DNA of 64,000 nt from Acidobacteriota bacterium. GTDB lineage: Bacteria > Acidobacteriota > Blastocatellia > RBC074. Positions 38,424-47,915 of this stretch are shown one piece after another. The stretch's first letter is position 1. Every line of letters starts with the position of its first letter. The stretch covers positions 52,528-116,527 of the forward strand of contig JACPYM010000059.1 in the NCBI GenBank assembly GCA_016196035.1. Reading direction: 5' to 3'. Below the pieces are notes generated by a model. It searched no databases and was not told where the DNA came from. It saw only the letters and a list, made by a program, of their open reading frames with translations. The position numbers were made by a program, and so were the translations under genes.

Positions 38424-40355
38424 ATGAGCGACTTCAAGTACAAGACCATCCTTCCCGACATTGAATTTTGGAAAGCTATGGTGCCTTGCCAGGCGGCGTG
38501 CCCGGTCAATACCGATGCGGGCCGCTATGTGCAACTGATCGCGCAGGGCAAATTTGAAGACGCCTATTTCGTCGCGCGTTCGCCCAATCCGTTGGCTTCG
38601 GTGTGCGGGCGCATCTGTGCCGCGCCGTGTGAAGACCGTTGCCGACGCGGCAAGATAGACGCGCCCGTCAGCATTCGCGCGTTGAAGCGCTTCGTCACCG
38701 AACGTTACGGCGTCGAATCGCTCGCGCCCGATACGCAGGATCAATTGCGCGTGGGCCACGGCGATTTGGGCAACAAGGTGCGCGGGCATTTGCCGATCTT
38801 GCAAGCCAATCGCCGCCAGACGCCGCGCGGGCAAAAAGTCGCCGTCATCGGCGCGGGGCCTGCCGGGCTGGCTTGCGCGCACGATCTGGCGTTGATGGGT
38901 TATCGCGTGACGATTTTTGAAGCCACCGAACAAGCGGGCGGGATGATGTTTCATGGCATTCCCGAATTCCGCTTGCCGCGCGCCGTCATTGCCAAAGAGA
39001 TAGACAAGATCGAACAGCTCGGCGTCGAGATTCGCTACGGCACGCCGCTGACGGCTGAGTTCGGGTTGCAGGAATTGAAAGCGGATGGCTACGTCGCCGT
39101 CTTCCTCAGCGTCGGCGTGCAAAAAGGCCGCGACCTCAATATCGAAGGGGCCGAACTCGACGGCGTCATCAAAGCCGTGGATTACCTGATCAACATCAAC
39201 AACGGTTACCGCATGCAGTTGGGCAAGAAGGTGCTCGTCATCGGCGGCGGCTTCGTCGCCTTTGACGCCGCGCGGCTGGCGTTGCGCGCAGGGTTGGAGG
39301 CAGGAGGTGAACAGGATGAAGGCGCAGGTGAATTGAAAACCGCCCTCGACGCTGCGCGCGCCGCCGTCAGAGCAGGTGCGACCGAAGTACATATGGTCAG
39401 TTTGGAATCCTTTGACGAATTGCCGGTGATGCGCACGACGCAGGGCAAGGAAGAGTTTGAAGAGGCGCACCGCGAAGGCATCGTCTTTCATCCGCAACGC
39501 AGCGCGCGCCGCTTCGTCAGCCGCAATGGCCGCGTGCAGGCAGCGGAATTCAAAGGCGTCAAACGCACCTATGACGAACAGGGCCGCTTCAGTCCGCAAT
39601 TCGACGAAGACTTTAGCGAAACGCTGGAAGCCGATTCGGTGATTCTCGCCATCGGCCAGCAAGCCGATCTCTCGTTCATCAAACCCGCCGACGGCGTCGA
39701 GCTTACGCCGCAAGGCACGATCAAGGTGGAGCGCGCGACGCTAGCGACGAGTGCGCCCGGCCTCTTCGCGGGCGGCGACGTGGCGTTTGGCCCGCGCAAC
39801 TTGATCGAAGCCGTGGCGAACGGCAAACGCGCGGCGCTCTCGATTGACGATTACTTGCACAGCGCCGAGACGCACACGGTTTTCAACCTGACGGTCGAAC
39901 GACTGCCCAATCGCACCTATACGATGCCGGAAGAGTATGAGCAACTGGCGCGGCATACCCCGCCGACCATCGCGCTCGACCGCCGCACCGGCATCTCGGA
40001 AGTCGAGACCGGCTACAACGAAGCGCAGGCGCGTGAGCAGGCTGAACGCTGTTTGTCGTGTCACATCCAAACCATCTATGACCCGGCGAAATGCGTGCTG
40101 TGCAACCGCTGTGTGGACGTGTGCCCGGAATACTGTTTGAAGCTGGTGCCGCTGGATGAGCTTGATCTGGATGAACCGACGAAGGAACGCATCGTGGCTG
40201 ATTCGGGCATCACGGTCGAGTTGGGGCAACCCTTATCAGCAATGATCAAAGACGATGACAAGTGCATCCGTTGTGGTTTGTGCGCGCTGCGCTGCCCGAC
40301 GGACGCGATGACGATGGAGGTCTTCTACTATGAAGAGCAAGCAGTCGTGGCTTAA
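38424..40355 (+). CDS. GltD/NfnB/SudA-like NAD(P)H-dependent FeS flavoprotein oxidoreductase with C-terminal 2x[4Fe-4S] ferredoxin domain
   Basis: N-terminal Cys-cluster domain, 'VAVIGAGPAGLACA' FAD and 'VLVIGGGFVAFDAA' NAD(P) Rossmann motifs, C-terminal 'CVLCNRCVDVCP' and 'CIRCGLCALRCP'; 3' end overlaps Rieske gene. Confidence 0.75.
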   Translation: MSDFKYKTILPDIEFWKAMVPCQAACPVNTDAGRYVQLIAQGKFEDAYFVARSPNPLASVCGRICAAPCEDRCRRGKIDAPVSIRALKRFVTERYGVESLAPDTQDQLRVGHGDLGNKVRGHLPILQANRRQTPRGQKVAVIGAGPAGLACAHDLALMGYRVTIFEATEQAGGMMFHGIPEFRLPRAVIAKEIDKIEQLGVEIRYGTPLTAEFGLQELKADGYVAVFLSVGVQKGRDLNIEGAELDGVIKAVDYLININNGYRMQLGKKVLVIGGGFVAFDAARLALRAGLEAGGEQDEGAGELKTALDAARAAVRAGATEVHMVSLESFDELPVMRTTQGKEEFEEAHREGIVFHPQRSARRFVSRNGRVQAAEFKGVKRTYDEQGRFSPQFDEDFSETLEADSVILAIGQQADLSFIKPADGVELTPQGTIKVERATLATSAPGLFAGGDVAFGPRNLIEAVANGKRAALSIDDYLHSAETHTVFNLTVERLPNRTYTMPEEYEQLARHTPPTIALDRRTGISEVETGYNEAQAREQAERCLSCHIQTIYDPAKCVLCNRCVDVCPEYCLKLVPLDELDLDEPTKERIVADSGITVELGQPLSAMIKDDDKCIRCGLCALRCPTDAMTMEVFYYEEQAVVA

Positions 40356-40947
40356 CGCGCGAATTTCAAATTTGAGAGCGAAGACAGAAACCGAGCAACA
40401 GCGGCTGGAGCGCCTCAAGCAGGAAGTTCTGGGCGAAGGCGAAGCCGCCAGCCGGCCCACGCGGCGCTCCTTTCTCACGCGGCTCGGGTTCGGCGCGACG
40501 CTGCTGGCGCTCGCTGGGCAGGCCTACGCCTTCCTGCGCTCGCTCAAACCGAATGTGCTGTACGAAGCGCCGCAACGCTTCAAGGTCGGCACACCCGATC
40601 AATTCGGCGAAGGCGGCAAATTCCTCGAAGACAAACGCCTGTTTGTGTTTCGGCAAGGCAAGACGTTTTACGCCATCTCGGCAAGCTGCACGCATCTGGG
40701 CTGCACGGTCAAAATGGAGAAGCTCAACCAGCCGAAGAAGGTCAAGACGCGCCAGCGCGAATTCGAGGAGCAATACGAATTTCATTGCCCTTGCCACGGC
40801 TCGAAGTATTACGGCGACGGGACGAATTACGCCGGCCCCGCGCCGCGCCCGCTCGATTATTTCAAACTCGAACTGGCGGCAGAGGACGGGCAATTGATCG
40901 TGGATATGGAGCAGAAGGTCGGGCAGGACTTTCGCTTGACAGTGTAG
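40330..40947 (+). CDS. Rieske [2Fe-2S] protein with Tat signal
   Basis: 'RRSFLTRLG' Tat motif; 'CTHLGCTV' and 'CPCHGSKY' Rieske boxes. Confidence 0.8.
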   Translation: MKSKQSWLNARISNLRAKTETEQQRLERLKQEVLGEGEAASRPTRRSFLTRLGFGATLLALAGQAYAFLRSLKPNVLYEAPQRFKVGTPDQFGEGGKFLEDKRLFVFRQGKTFYAISASCTHLGCTVKMEKLNQPKKVKTRQREFEEQYEFHCPCHGSKYYGDGTNYAGPAPRPLDYFKLELAAEDGQLIVDMEQKVGQDFRLTV

Positions 40948-41032
40948 CCGGGGACTAGCGGCTAGGGACTAGGGGCTGGAATTAAGCCACTGTCGCTAGC
41001 CCCTAGCCCCTGGCCTCTAACCCCTAAAAATT
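40948..41032. repeat. Intergenic CTAGGGG/CCCCTAG repeat hairpin (Rieske-cyt b spacer)
   Basis: gggactagcggctagggactaggggctgg ... gctagcccctagcccctggcc. Confidence 0.5.
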
Positions 41033-42349
41033 ATGGCAGCGAGAAAATCAACTTGGGAAAAGATCACGTGGACGTGGCAGCCCGCGAGCGAGCGCGAAGC
41101 CGGGGATTCCATCGTGCGCAACTTTTTGCTGCATTGGTTTCCGGCCAAGGTCGCGCGCGAAAGCCTGTCGTGGGGCTACTCGTTCTGGCTCGGTACGGTG
41201 TCGGCGGTGCTCTTTCTGATCCTGACGATCACGGGCGGCGTGCTGATGTTTCTGTACGTGCCGTCGGTCGAACGTGCCTATTTGTCGGTCAAGGATTTGG
41301 AATTCACCGTCTCGTTCGGCTGGTTCCTGCGCGGGCTGCATCGCATCGGCGCGCACCTGATGGTGGCGTTTGTGTTTGTGCATATGGTGCGCGTCTTCCT
41401 GACCGGCGCGTACAAGAACGGCACGGCGACGCAGCAGAACCGTCCGTTGAACTGGGTGATTGGCGTCGTGCTGTTGTTGGCGACGTTGCTGCTCTCATTC
41501 ACCGGTTATCTATTGCCGTGGGATCAACTGGCCTATTGGGCGATCACCGTCGGCACGAATATCGCCAGCGCCGCGCCCGTCGTGGGCGAGGCAATGCGCT
41601 TCATTTTGCTGGGCGGCAACACGATCGAGCAAGGCACGCTGATTCGTTTTTACGTGCTGCATTGTTTCTTCCTGCCGCTGCTGGTGCTGGCGTTGTTCTC
41701 GTATCACATGTGGCGCGTGCGCAAAGACGGCGGCTTGGCTTGCGTAGACAAACAGGCGCTCGACCAAAAGCGCGAAAAGGTCGTGCCGAGCAAGAGCAAG
41801 ACCTATTCGCTGCTGGGCATTGCGAGCGGCGCGTCCGTGCACGTTGAGACTTCGCTGGTGGATGAAGTCCAGCACACGGTGCCGTCATCGCCCACGCTGA
41901 CGCGGCGTTTGGCGTTGGTGACGATGGTGACGCTCGCGCTCTCTTCGGTGTTGACACTGCTCTTCCATGCGCCGCTCGAAGCCGCCGCCAACCCTGCCGT
42001 CACGCCAAATCCGGCCAAAGCGCCTTGGTACTTTCTCTGGTTGCAAGAACTGGTCACGATCACCACCTTTACCGTGGGTGGTTACACCATCAATGGCGCG
42101 TTGATCGGCGGCATCATTATTCCAGGCTTGTTGGTCGCGGCGGCCATCGCGTGGCCCTACTTCGACAAGAGTTCGGTGCGCTCGGTGGGCGTGTGGTTTG
42201 CGCCGGAGCGCCGCAAGCAGAATTTGATTTTCTTGCTGGTGGTCGCGGGGATTTTGCTCTTCACCATCATCGGCACGTATCTGCGCGGGCCGTATTGGAA
42301 TTGGTATTGGCCGTGGCAAAGCTGGCCGGTGATGCCGCGTAAGTTTTGA
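41033..42349 (+). CDS. Cytochrome b (b6/bc-type, quinol-oxidising subunit)
   Basis: Polytopic; 'HRIGAHLMVAFVFVHMVRVF' bis-His heme-ligand helix typical of cytochrome b. Confidence 0.8.
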   Translation: MAARKSTWEKITWTWQPASEREAGDSIVRNFLLHWFPAKVARESLSWGYSFWLGTVSAVLFLILTITGGVLMFLYVPSVERAYLSVKDLEFTVSFGWFLRGLHRIGAHLMVAFVFVHMVRVFLTGAYKNGTATQQNRPLNWVIGVVLLLATLLLSFTGYLLPWDQLAYWAITVGTNIASAAPVVGEAMRFILLGGNTIEQGTLIRFYVLHCFFLPLLVLALFSYHMWRVRKDGGLACVDKQALDQKREKVVPSKSKTYSLLGIASGASVHVETSLVDEVQHTVPSSPTLTRRLALVTMVTLALSSVLTLLFHAPLEAAANPAVTPNPAKAPWYFLWLQELVTITTFTVGGYTINGALIGGIIIPGLLVAAAIAWPYFDKSSVRSVGVWFAPERRKQNLIFLLVVAGILLFTIIGTYLRGPYWNWYWPWQSWPVMPRKF

Positions 42350-42436
42350 AGATGGGGGGCAGGGGGGCCAGGGGCCAGTGAATTCAAGCCCCAGCCCCCA
42401 GTCCCTAGACCCCAGCCCCCAAGATCGGAGGTTTTA
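42350..42436. repeat. Intergenic G-tract/C-tract hairpin (cyt b-cyt c spacer)
   Basis: ggggggcaggggggccaggggccag ... ccccagcccccagtccctagaccccagccccc. Confidence 0.5.
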
Positions 42437-43660
42437 GTGTTCAGCAAAGACGCCATCAAAATTTACCTGCTCGGTGTGGTGATGCTGGCCGTGACGGGGT
42501 TCATTTTCTGGGACAACGTGCTGCCTGAATGGAGCGGCTATCAGAGCGATTTCCGCGCGCTGGTCGCCAAGAAATTCGGCGCGGCGCGCGCGGCGGCGGT
42601 GCCCAGCGGCCTGCATCAGATTTGGGTGAAAGACCTCGACCGCGTAGACCGTTGCACGACCTGTCATCAGGGCATGGAATGGAAAGGCCTGGAAAGCGCC
42701 GCGCAACCGTTTCGTTCGCACCCCACCGAAATTCTGAAAGCGCATCCGCTGAATCAATTCGGCTGCACGGCCTGTCACGGCGGGCAAGGTTATGCCACTG
42801 ATCTCGCCGGCGCGCACGGGCAGGTCGAACATTGGGAAGAGCCGCTGCTCGGCAAAAAAGTCAGCGACACCTATCTGGTCAAAGACAAGAAAGCGCTGAT
42901 GCAGGTCAATTGCAATTCCTGTCATCGCTATGAACGCGAAACCAAAGGCGCCGATTACATCAACGAAGCCAAGCAAATCGTGCAGGAAAAAAACTGCCGC
43001 GCCTGCCACACCATCAACGGACGCGGCGGCACCATCGGCCCCGACCTCACCAACGTCGGCGACAAAGCGCCGGAGCAATACGATTACGGTCACGTGTCGG
43101 GGGTGAAAACAGCGTTCGCCTGGCATGTCGCACATTTGCAAAAACCGAAAGCGATGACGCCGGATACGGTCATGCCCGATTTCAATTTCTCTACGCGGCA
43201 GGCGCAGGCGTTGTCCTTGCTTGTCATGAGTTGGAAACGCGCGACGGTGCCGACGCGCTACATCCCCGGCGCGACGCCCAAGGATGTGCCGACGGCGGAA
43301 GAGATCGCCAAAGAGAAACGCATGCTCGAAGGCGAAGGCGCTTTCTTCGTCAAGAAGGGCTGCTTTATCTGCCATTCCGTGGATTCGCTGGGTATTGAGA
43401 ATTCGGCCAAGATCGGGCCGGATTTGTCCGAGGCTGTAACGGACGTGCAGAGCCGCTTTGGCCGCACGCTGGAAGATTTTTTGAAAGCGCCCAACGGTAC
43501 GATGGCCGTGGTGTTGGCGACACAGATTCATTTGACTGACGACGAGAAACGCGAGGCGGTCGAACGTTTGAAGATCGCTTATCAACGCAAGCAGGAGGGC
43601 GCGAAGCCGAACGCTGCGCCCACGCCTGCGGCCTCGCCGTCACCGGTAGCGAAGAAATAA
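42437..43660 (+). CDS. Membrane-anchored pentaheme c-type cytochrome
   Basis: Five CxxCH motifs (CTTCH, CTACH, CNSCH, CRACH, CFICH); N-terminal TM helix. Confidence 0.75.
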   Translation: MFSKDAIKIYLLGVVMLAVTGFIFWDNVLPEWSGYQSDFRALVAKKFGAARAAAVPSGLHQIWVKDLDRVDRCTTCHQGMEWKGLESAAQPFRSHPTEILKAHPLNQFGCTACHGGQGYATDLAGAHGQVEHWEEPLLGKKVSDTYLVKDKKALMQVNCNSCHRYERETKGADYINEAKQIVQEKNCRACHTINGRGGTIGPDLTNVGDKAPEQYDYGHVSGVKTAFAWHVAHLQKPKAMTPDTVMPDFNFSTRQAQALSLLVMSWKRATVPTRYIPGATPKDVPTAEEIAKEKRMLEGEGAFFVKKGCFICHSVDSLGIENSAKIGPDLSEAVTDVQSRFGRTLEDFLKAPNGTMAVVLATQIHLTDDEKREAVERLKIAYQRKQEGAKPNAAPTPAASPSPVAKK

Positions 43661-43803
43661 CCTGGGTTCGCACGCTTCCCAGCGTGCTGTAAAAAAGTCG
43701 CGCAGCGTTCCGAATAAATTCAATTGGGTCGCACGCGATTTAGGGAAAAGGAAGGCTGCGCCGCTTCTTTCATAGCACGCAAGGATGCGTGCGTACCCAG
43801 GGA
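43661..43803. repeat. Family A palindromic element, degenerate copy A4
   Basis: cctgggttcgcacgcttcccagcgtgctg ... gcgtgcgtacccaggg. Confidence 0.6.
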
Positions 43804-43878
43804 AAGGCTGCAACTCCGCGCCGCTCACGGGTTGAAGCTTGACCATCAACCACCGTTCCCATTTGGGGAGGAACCACC

Positions 43879-45744
43879 ATGGAATTACAAACAACAAAAC
43901 TTGATCGCAAGAAAATGAAATGGCTCGGCGCAGGAGCGGTCTGCGTCGCGCTGCTCGGCTTTGCTTTGACCAGTTGCGGCAAGCAACCAAGCACTGCTGA
44001 ATTGGGCGGCACTGCGGAAGCTGCTGCGGCCACTTATGTCGCGCCGGGCGACACCGATGAATATTACCTGTTCTATTCGGGCGGCCATTCGGGCAACGTC
44101 TATGTTGCGGGCGTGCCTTCGATGCGGCACATCTCGACGATTCCCGTGTTTGCGCCTTACCCGGCGACGGGGTATGGCTTTGACGAAGAGTCGAAGAAGA
44201 TGCTGGGCGGGTTCACATGGGGCGACGTGCACCACCCGGCCATCAGCGAGACCAAGGGCGATTACGACGGGCGTTGGCTCTTCGTGAATGACAACGCCAA
44301 CAATCGGCTGGCGCGCATTGACCTGCGCGATTTCAAAACCAAACAGATCCTGGGGCCGATGCCGAATATCTCCGGCTATCACGGCGGTTCGTTCGTGACG
44401 CCTAATACGGAATACGTGTTGGCGGCCTCGCGCTTCTCGGTGCCGTTGCCGAAAGGGACCGTCGAACCGATTGAAAGTTATGCGACGAAATACCACGGGG
44501 TCGTGGCGGGCGTAAAAATTGATCCGACCTCGGGCGAGATGAGCGTCGGTTTTCAAATCCTGATGCCGCCCTTCAATTTTGATTTAGGCGACGCGGGCAA
44601 AGGGCCGAGCGAGGGCTGGGCCTTCTGGACGTGCTACAACTCAGAACGCGCGACCGGCAAGCTCGAAGTGACTTCGACACAAAAAGACCGCGACTACATT
44701 GCAGCGGTGAATTGGAAAGAAGCTGAGAAAGCCGTCGCCGCAGGCAAAGCCAAAATGATCAGCGGCGTGCCGGTGCTTGATCCCAAAGAAGTGCCGGGCA
44801 TCGTTTATTTCGTGCCGTGCAGCAAATCGCCGCACGGCGTGGATGTCACGCCCGATGGCAAATACTTCATCGGCAGCGGCAAGCTGCAATCCATCACGAC
44901 GGCGTTCAACGTCGAGAAGATGCTGACCACGATTCAGAACAAAGATTTCACCGGCAACGAAGACGGCATCCCGGTGCTGAATTACGACAAGGTCAAAGAC
45001 GCCGAAGTCAACGTCGGCCTCGGCCCGCTGCATACGCAATTCGACAATGAGGGCAATGCGTATACCAGCCTCTTTGTCGAGAGCGCCGTGGCGAAATGGA
45101 AGCTTGGCACGTGGGAAGTGCTCGACAAGATTCCAGTTACGTACAACATCGGCCACCTCTGCGCGGCGGAAGGCGACACAGTTCATCCCGCTGGCAAATA
45201 TCTGGTCGCGCTCAATAAGCTTTCGCACGGACGCCACCTGAACGTCGGCCCCTCGCAGCCGGAATGCTCGCAACTCATCAACATCGGCGGCGAAAAGATG
45301 AAGCTGCTCTACGACGCCTTCACCGAACCCGAACCGCATTACGCCCAGATGATCAAGGCCGACAAGCTGAAACCCTTCGAGGTTTATCCCAAAGAAAGCA
45401 ACAAGAACCCGAACGCGATCTGGGACGTGAAGGACGCCAGCGTGGTGCGCAGCGGCAACAACGTCACGGTCAAGCTGGTCGCGGTGCGCAGCAGCTTCGA
45501 GCCCAACAAGATCGAGGTCAACAAAGGTGACACAGTGACGATTCACATCACCAACATCGAACAGACCACCGATGAGCTGCATGGCTTTGGGCTGCTCGAT
45601 TACAACATCAACGTGGTGATAGACCCCGGCGAGACCAAGACGATCAAGTTCGTGGCCGATAAACCGGGTGTTTTCGCCTACTATTGCACCAACTTCTGCT
45701 CGGCGTTGCATCAAGAGATGCAGGGCTATTTGTTGGTGAAGTAG
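43879..45744 (+). CDS. nosZ: Nitrous oxide reductase NosZ (clade II/Sec-dependent, lipoprotein-type signal)
   Basis: C-terminal CuA motif 'CTNFCSALHQEMQGY'; 'LTSC' lipobox rather than Tat motif; size ~620 aa. Confidence 0.9.
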   Translation: MELQTTKLDRKKMKWLGAGAVCVALLGFALTSCGKQPSTAELGGTAEAAAATYVAPGDTDEYYLFYSGGHSGNVYVAGVPSMRHISTIPVFAPYPATGYGFDEESKKMLGGFTWGDVHHPAISETKGDYDGRWLFVNDNANNRLARIDLRDFKTKQILGPMPNISGYHGGSFVTPNTEYVLAASRFSVPLPKGTVEPIESYATKYHGVVAGVKIDPTSGEMSVGFQILMPPFNFDLGDAGKGPSEGWAFWTCYNSERATGKLEVTSTQKDRDYIAAVNWKEAEKAVAAGKAKMISGVPVLDPKEVPGIVYFVPCSKSPHGVDVTPDGKYFIGSGKLQSITTAFNVEKMLTTIQNKDFTGNEDGIPVLNYDKVKDAEVNVGLGPLHTQFDNEGNAYTSLFVESAVAKWKLGTWEVLDKIPVTYNIGHLCAAEGDTVHPAGKYLVALNKLSHGRHLNVGPSQPECSQLINIGGEKMKLLYDAFTEPEPHYAQMIKADKLKPFEVYPKESNKNPNAIWDVKDASVVRSGNNVTVKLVAVRSSFEPNKIEVNKGDTVTIHITNIEQTTDELHGFGLLDYNINVVIDPGETKTIKFVADKPGVFAYYCTNFCSALHQEMQGYLLVK

Positions 45745-45750
45745 TGAGGA

Positions 45751-45884
45751 GACCTCAGACCTCAGACTTCAGACCACAGACCTCAGACCTGTCTTGGATC
45801 GGCGGCCACAGGCGAATTGAGATCGTAGGTCTGAAGTCTGAAGTCTGAGGTCTGAGGTCTGAAGTCTGAGGTCTGAGGTCTGTG
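45751..45884. repeat. Heptamer-repeat hairpin: (CAGACCT)n arm, ~35-nt loop, (AGGTCTG/AAGTCTG)n arm ending at nosB-like start codon
   Basis: gacctcagacctcagacttcagaccacagacctcagacctg ... aggtctgaagtctgaagtctgaggtctgaggtctgaagtctgaggtctgaggtctg. Confidence 0.8.
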
Positions 45885-46517
45885 ATGAAAAGCTGGCTCG
45901 ACAACGCGAACCATTTTTTTGAACTGCCGCTCACGCTGCGCAGCCGCGTGCTGATTCTGGTGGGTGTAGTGCTGTTGACGCCGGTCTTTCTGTTCCCCTT
46001 GTGGAATATGACCTTCAAGTCGAATCAGTATCTCGACGGACTGACGCTCAACATTTACGCCTATCAACTCAAAGGCGGCATGACGCCGAACCGCGATGAT
46101 TTGCGCGAGATCAACTCGCTCAATCATTACATCGGTATGCGTCCGCTGTTGGAAAGCGATTTCGGCGAATTCGTCTGGATTCCCTTTGTCATCGGGGTGC
46201 TGGGCGTGCTGGCGTTGCGCGCTCTGGTCATCGGCAAGATGGCCGGGCTGGTGGATGTCTTTGTGATCTTCACCTATTTCGGGCTGTTCTCGTTCTGGGG
46301 CTTTTACAACAAGCTCTATGCGTATGGACACCATCTTGATCCGACGGCGGCGATCAAGGTGCCGCCGTTCACCCCGCCGCTGCTGGGGACGCAAGTCGTC
46401 GGCAACTTTACGGTGTCGAGCTATCCGGGCGTCGCGTCGTTTGCGCTGGTGTCGTTTGCCGTGTTGTTGCTGGCGGCCATCTTTCTGTCGCGCAAGCAGA
46501 CGAACGAGGCGGCGTGA
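45885..46517 (+). CDS. Polytopic membrane protein, NosB-like (clade II nos accessory)
   Basis: 4-5 TM helices, position directly downstream of nosZ and 4-bp overlap with nosD; assignment by synteny. Confidence 0.5.
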   Translation: MKSWLDNANHFFELPLTLRSRVLILVGVVLLTPVFLFPLWNMTFKSNQYLDGLTLNIYAYQLKGGMTPNRDDLREINSLNHYIGMRPLLESDFGEFVWIPFVIGVLGVLALRALVIGKMAGLVDVFVIFTYFGLFSFWGFYNKLYAYGHHLDPTAAIKVPPFTPPLLGTQVVGNFTVSSYPGVASFALVSFAVLLLAAIFLSRKQTNEAA

Positions 46518-47914
46518 TGTGGCGCAATGTCATCGGGCTGGTTTTGCTGGGAACACTGAGCGCGTTGGCAGTGCGGGCCGACACCTTCACGGTTGGCCTG
46601 CCGCCCGCGCGCTTTCAAGCTTTGACTGACGCCCTTATTGCCGCTCAGCCCGGCGATATTGTGCAAGTTCAACCCGGCACTTACACCGGACAATTCCGGC
46701 TCGACAAACCGCTGACCTTGGTTGGCATTGGCAAACCCGTGTTGCACGGTACAGGCCAGGGCAGCGTCGTAATCATCACGGCTGATCATTGCACCGTGCG
46801 CGGGTTCGTTATCGAACACAGCGGCGGTGATCTGACCGCCGAAGATTCCGGCCTGCTGCTCAAAGCGGATGACAATCTGATCGAAGCGAACGAATTGCGC
46901 GATGTGCTTTACGGCATTTACCTATACCACGCCAGCCGCAACACGCTGCGCGGCAATACGGTGCGCGGGCGGCGCGAACTTGAATTGGGCGAACGTGGCG
47001 CGGCGCTGCACCTCTGGGATTCGCCCGACAACATCATCGAAGACAACACCATCGGTGATGCGCGCGATGGGCTGTACATCCAGGCTTGTTCGGGCACGCT
47101 GGTGCGGCATAACCGTGTGCGCGACGTGCGCTACGGCCTGCATTACATGAACTCGGACGACAATCGGTTTGAGGACAATCTGTTTGAACACAACGTGGCG
47201 GGCGCGGCGATTATGTATTCGCGGCGCATCACGCTGCGACGCAATGCCTTCGCACACAATCGCGGCTTCAGTTCATTCGGCATTCTCTTTCAGGATTGTG
47301 ACGAGATCGTGGCCGAAGAGAATTTCATCATTGATAACGCGACGGGCATTTTTATCGAGGCCCTGCGTAAGAGCAGCTTTCGCCGCAACGTGATCGCCGA
47401 GAATGATCTGGCCTTGCAAATGTTCAGCAACGCCGATCAAACGCTGTTTGCCGCGAATAACTTCGTCGAAAATCTCAGTCCATTGCAGGTCGTCGGCAAA
47501 CGCACCAACGCTGTTTGGCAGGTCAACGGGCAGGGCAATTATTGGAGCGATTACGCCGGTTACGACCTGGACGGCAACGGCATCGGCGATGTGCCGCACA
47601 AGGTGCAAAACGTTTTTGAATACCTCGAAGGCAACTATCCGCGCTTGCGGCTTTACCTGAACAGCCCCGCCGCGCAGGCGTTGGCTGCGGCTGAACAGAG
47701 CTTCCCGATTCTCAAAGGCGCAAACGAAGCCGATACCGCGCCGTTGATGCAGGCCGTCAAGTTGCAGTTCCCGTTGGAAGTGGTGCCGCTGCAAACCGCG
47801 CCACGTCGCGCGACGCAATGGCTGCTGAGTCTCTGCTCATTGCTTAGCGCCAGTGGAGCGTTGTTTGTCATGTGGAAACATCGCCAGCCGCGCGGCGCCA
47901 AGGCAGGAGCCTGA
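46514..47914 (+). CDS. nosD: Periplasmic copper-binding right-handed beta-helix protein NosD
   Basis: Signal peptide, parallel beta-helix repeats ('NxIxxN' ladders), operon position before nosF. Confidence 0.85.
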   Translation: MMWRNVIGLVLLGTLSALAVRADTFTVGLPPARFQALTDALIAAQPGDIVQVQPGTYTGQFRLDKPLTLVGIGKPVLHGTGQGSVVIITADHCTVRGFVIEHSGGDLTAEDSGLLLKADDNLIEANELRDVLYGIYLYHASRNTLRGNTVRGRRELELGERGAALHLWDSPDNIIEDNTIGDARDGLYIQACSGTLVRHNRVRDVRYGLHYMNSDDNRFEDNLFEHNVAGAAIMYSRRITLRRNAFAHNRGFSSFGILFQDCDEIVAEENFIIDNATGIFIEALRKSSFRRNVIAENDLALQMFSNADQTLFAANNFVENLSPLQVVGKRTNAVWQVNGQGNYWSDYAGYDLDGNGIGDVPHKVQNVFEYLEGNYPRLRLYLNSPAAQALAAAEQSFPILKGANEADTAPLMQAVKLQFPLEVVPLQTAPRRATQWLLSLCSLLSASGALFVMWKHRQPRGAKAGA

Positions 47915-47915
47915 A

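Noticed and set aside
38328-39713. 461-aa minus-strand ORF
   Set aside because: Antisense to the flavoprotein gene. The forward frame has clear Rossmann and ferredoxin motifs.
42353-42380. Possible G-quadruplex GGGGGGCAGGGGGGCCAGGGG
   Set aside because: Only three long G-tracts on this strand. The sequence is more simply explained as one arm of a G:C hairpin with the downstream C-rich arm.
43845-43860. FNR-like box TTGACCATCAA upstream of nosZ
   Set aside because: Spacing (TTGA-N3-TCAA) does not fit the TTGAT-N4-ATCAA consensus. Left as unsupported.
44641-45714. 357-aa minus-strand ORF
   Set aside because: Antisense to nosZ.
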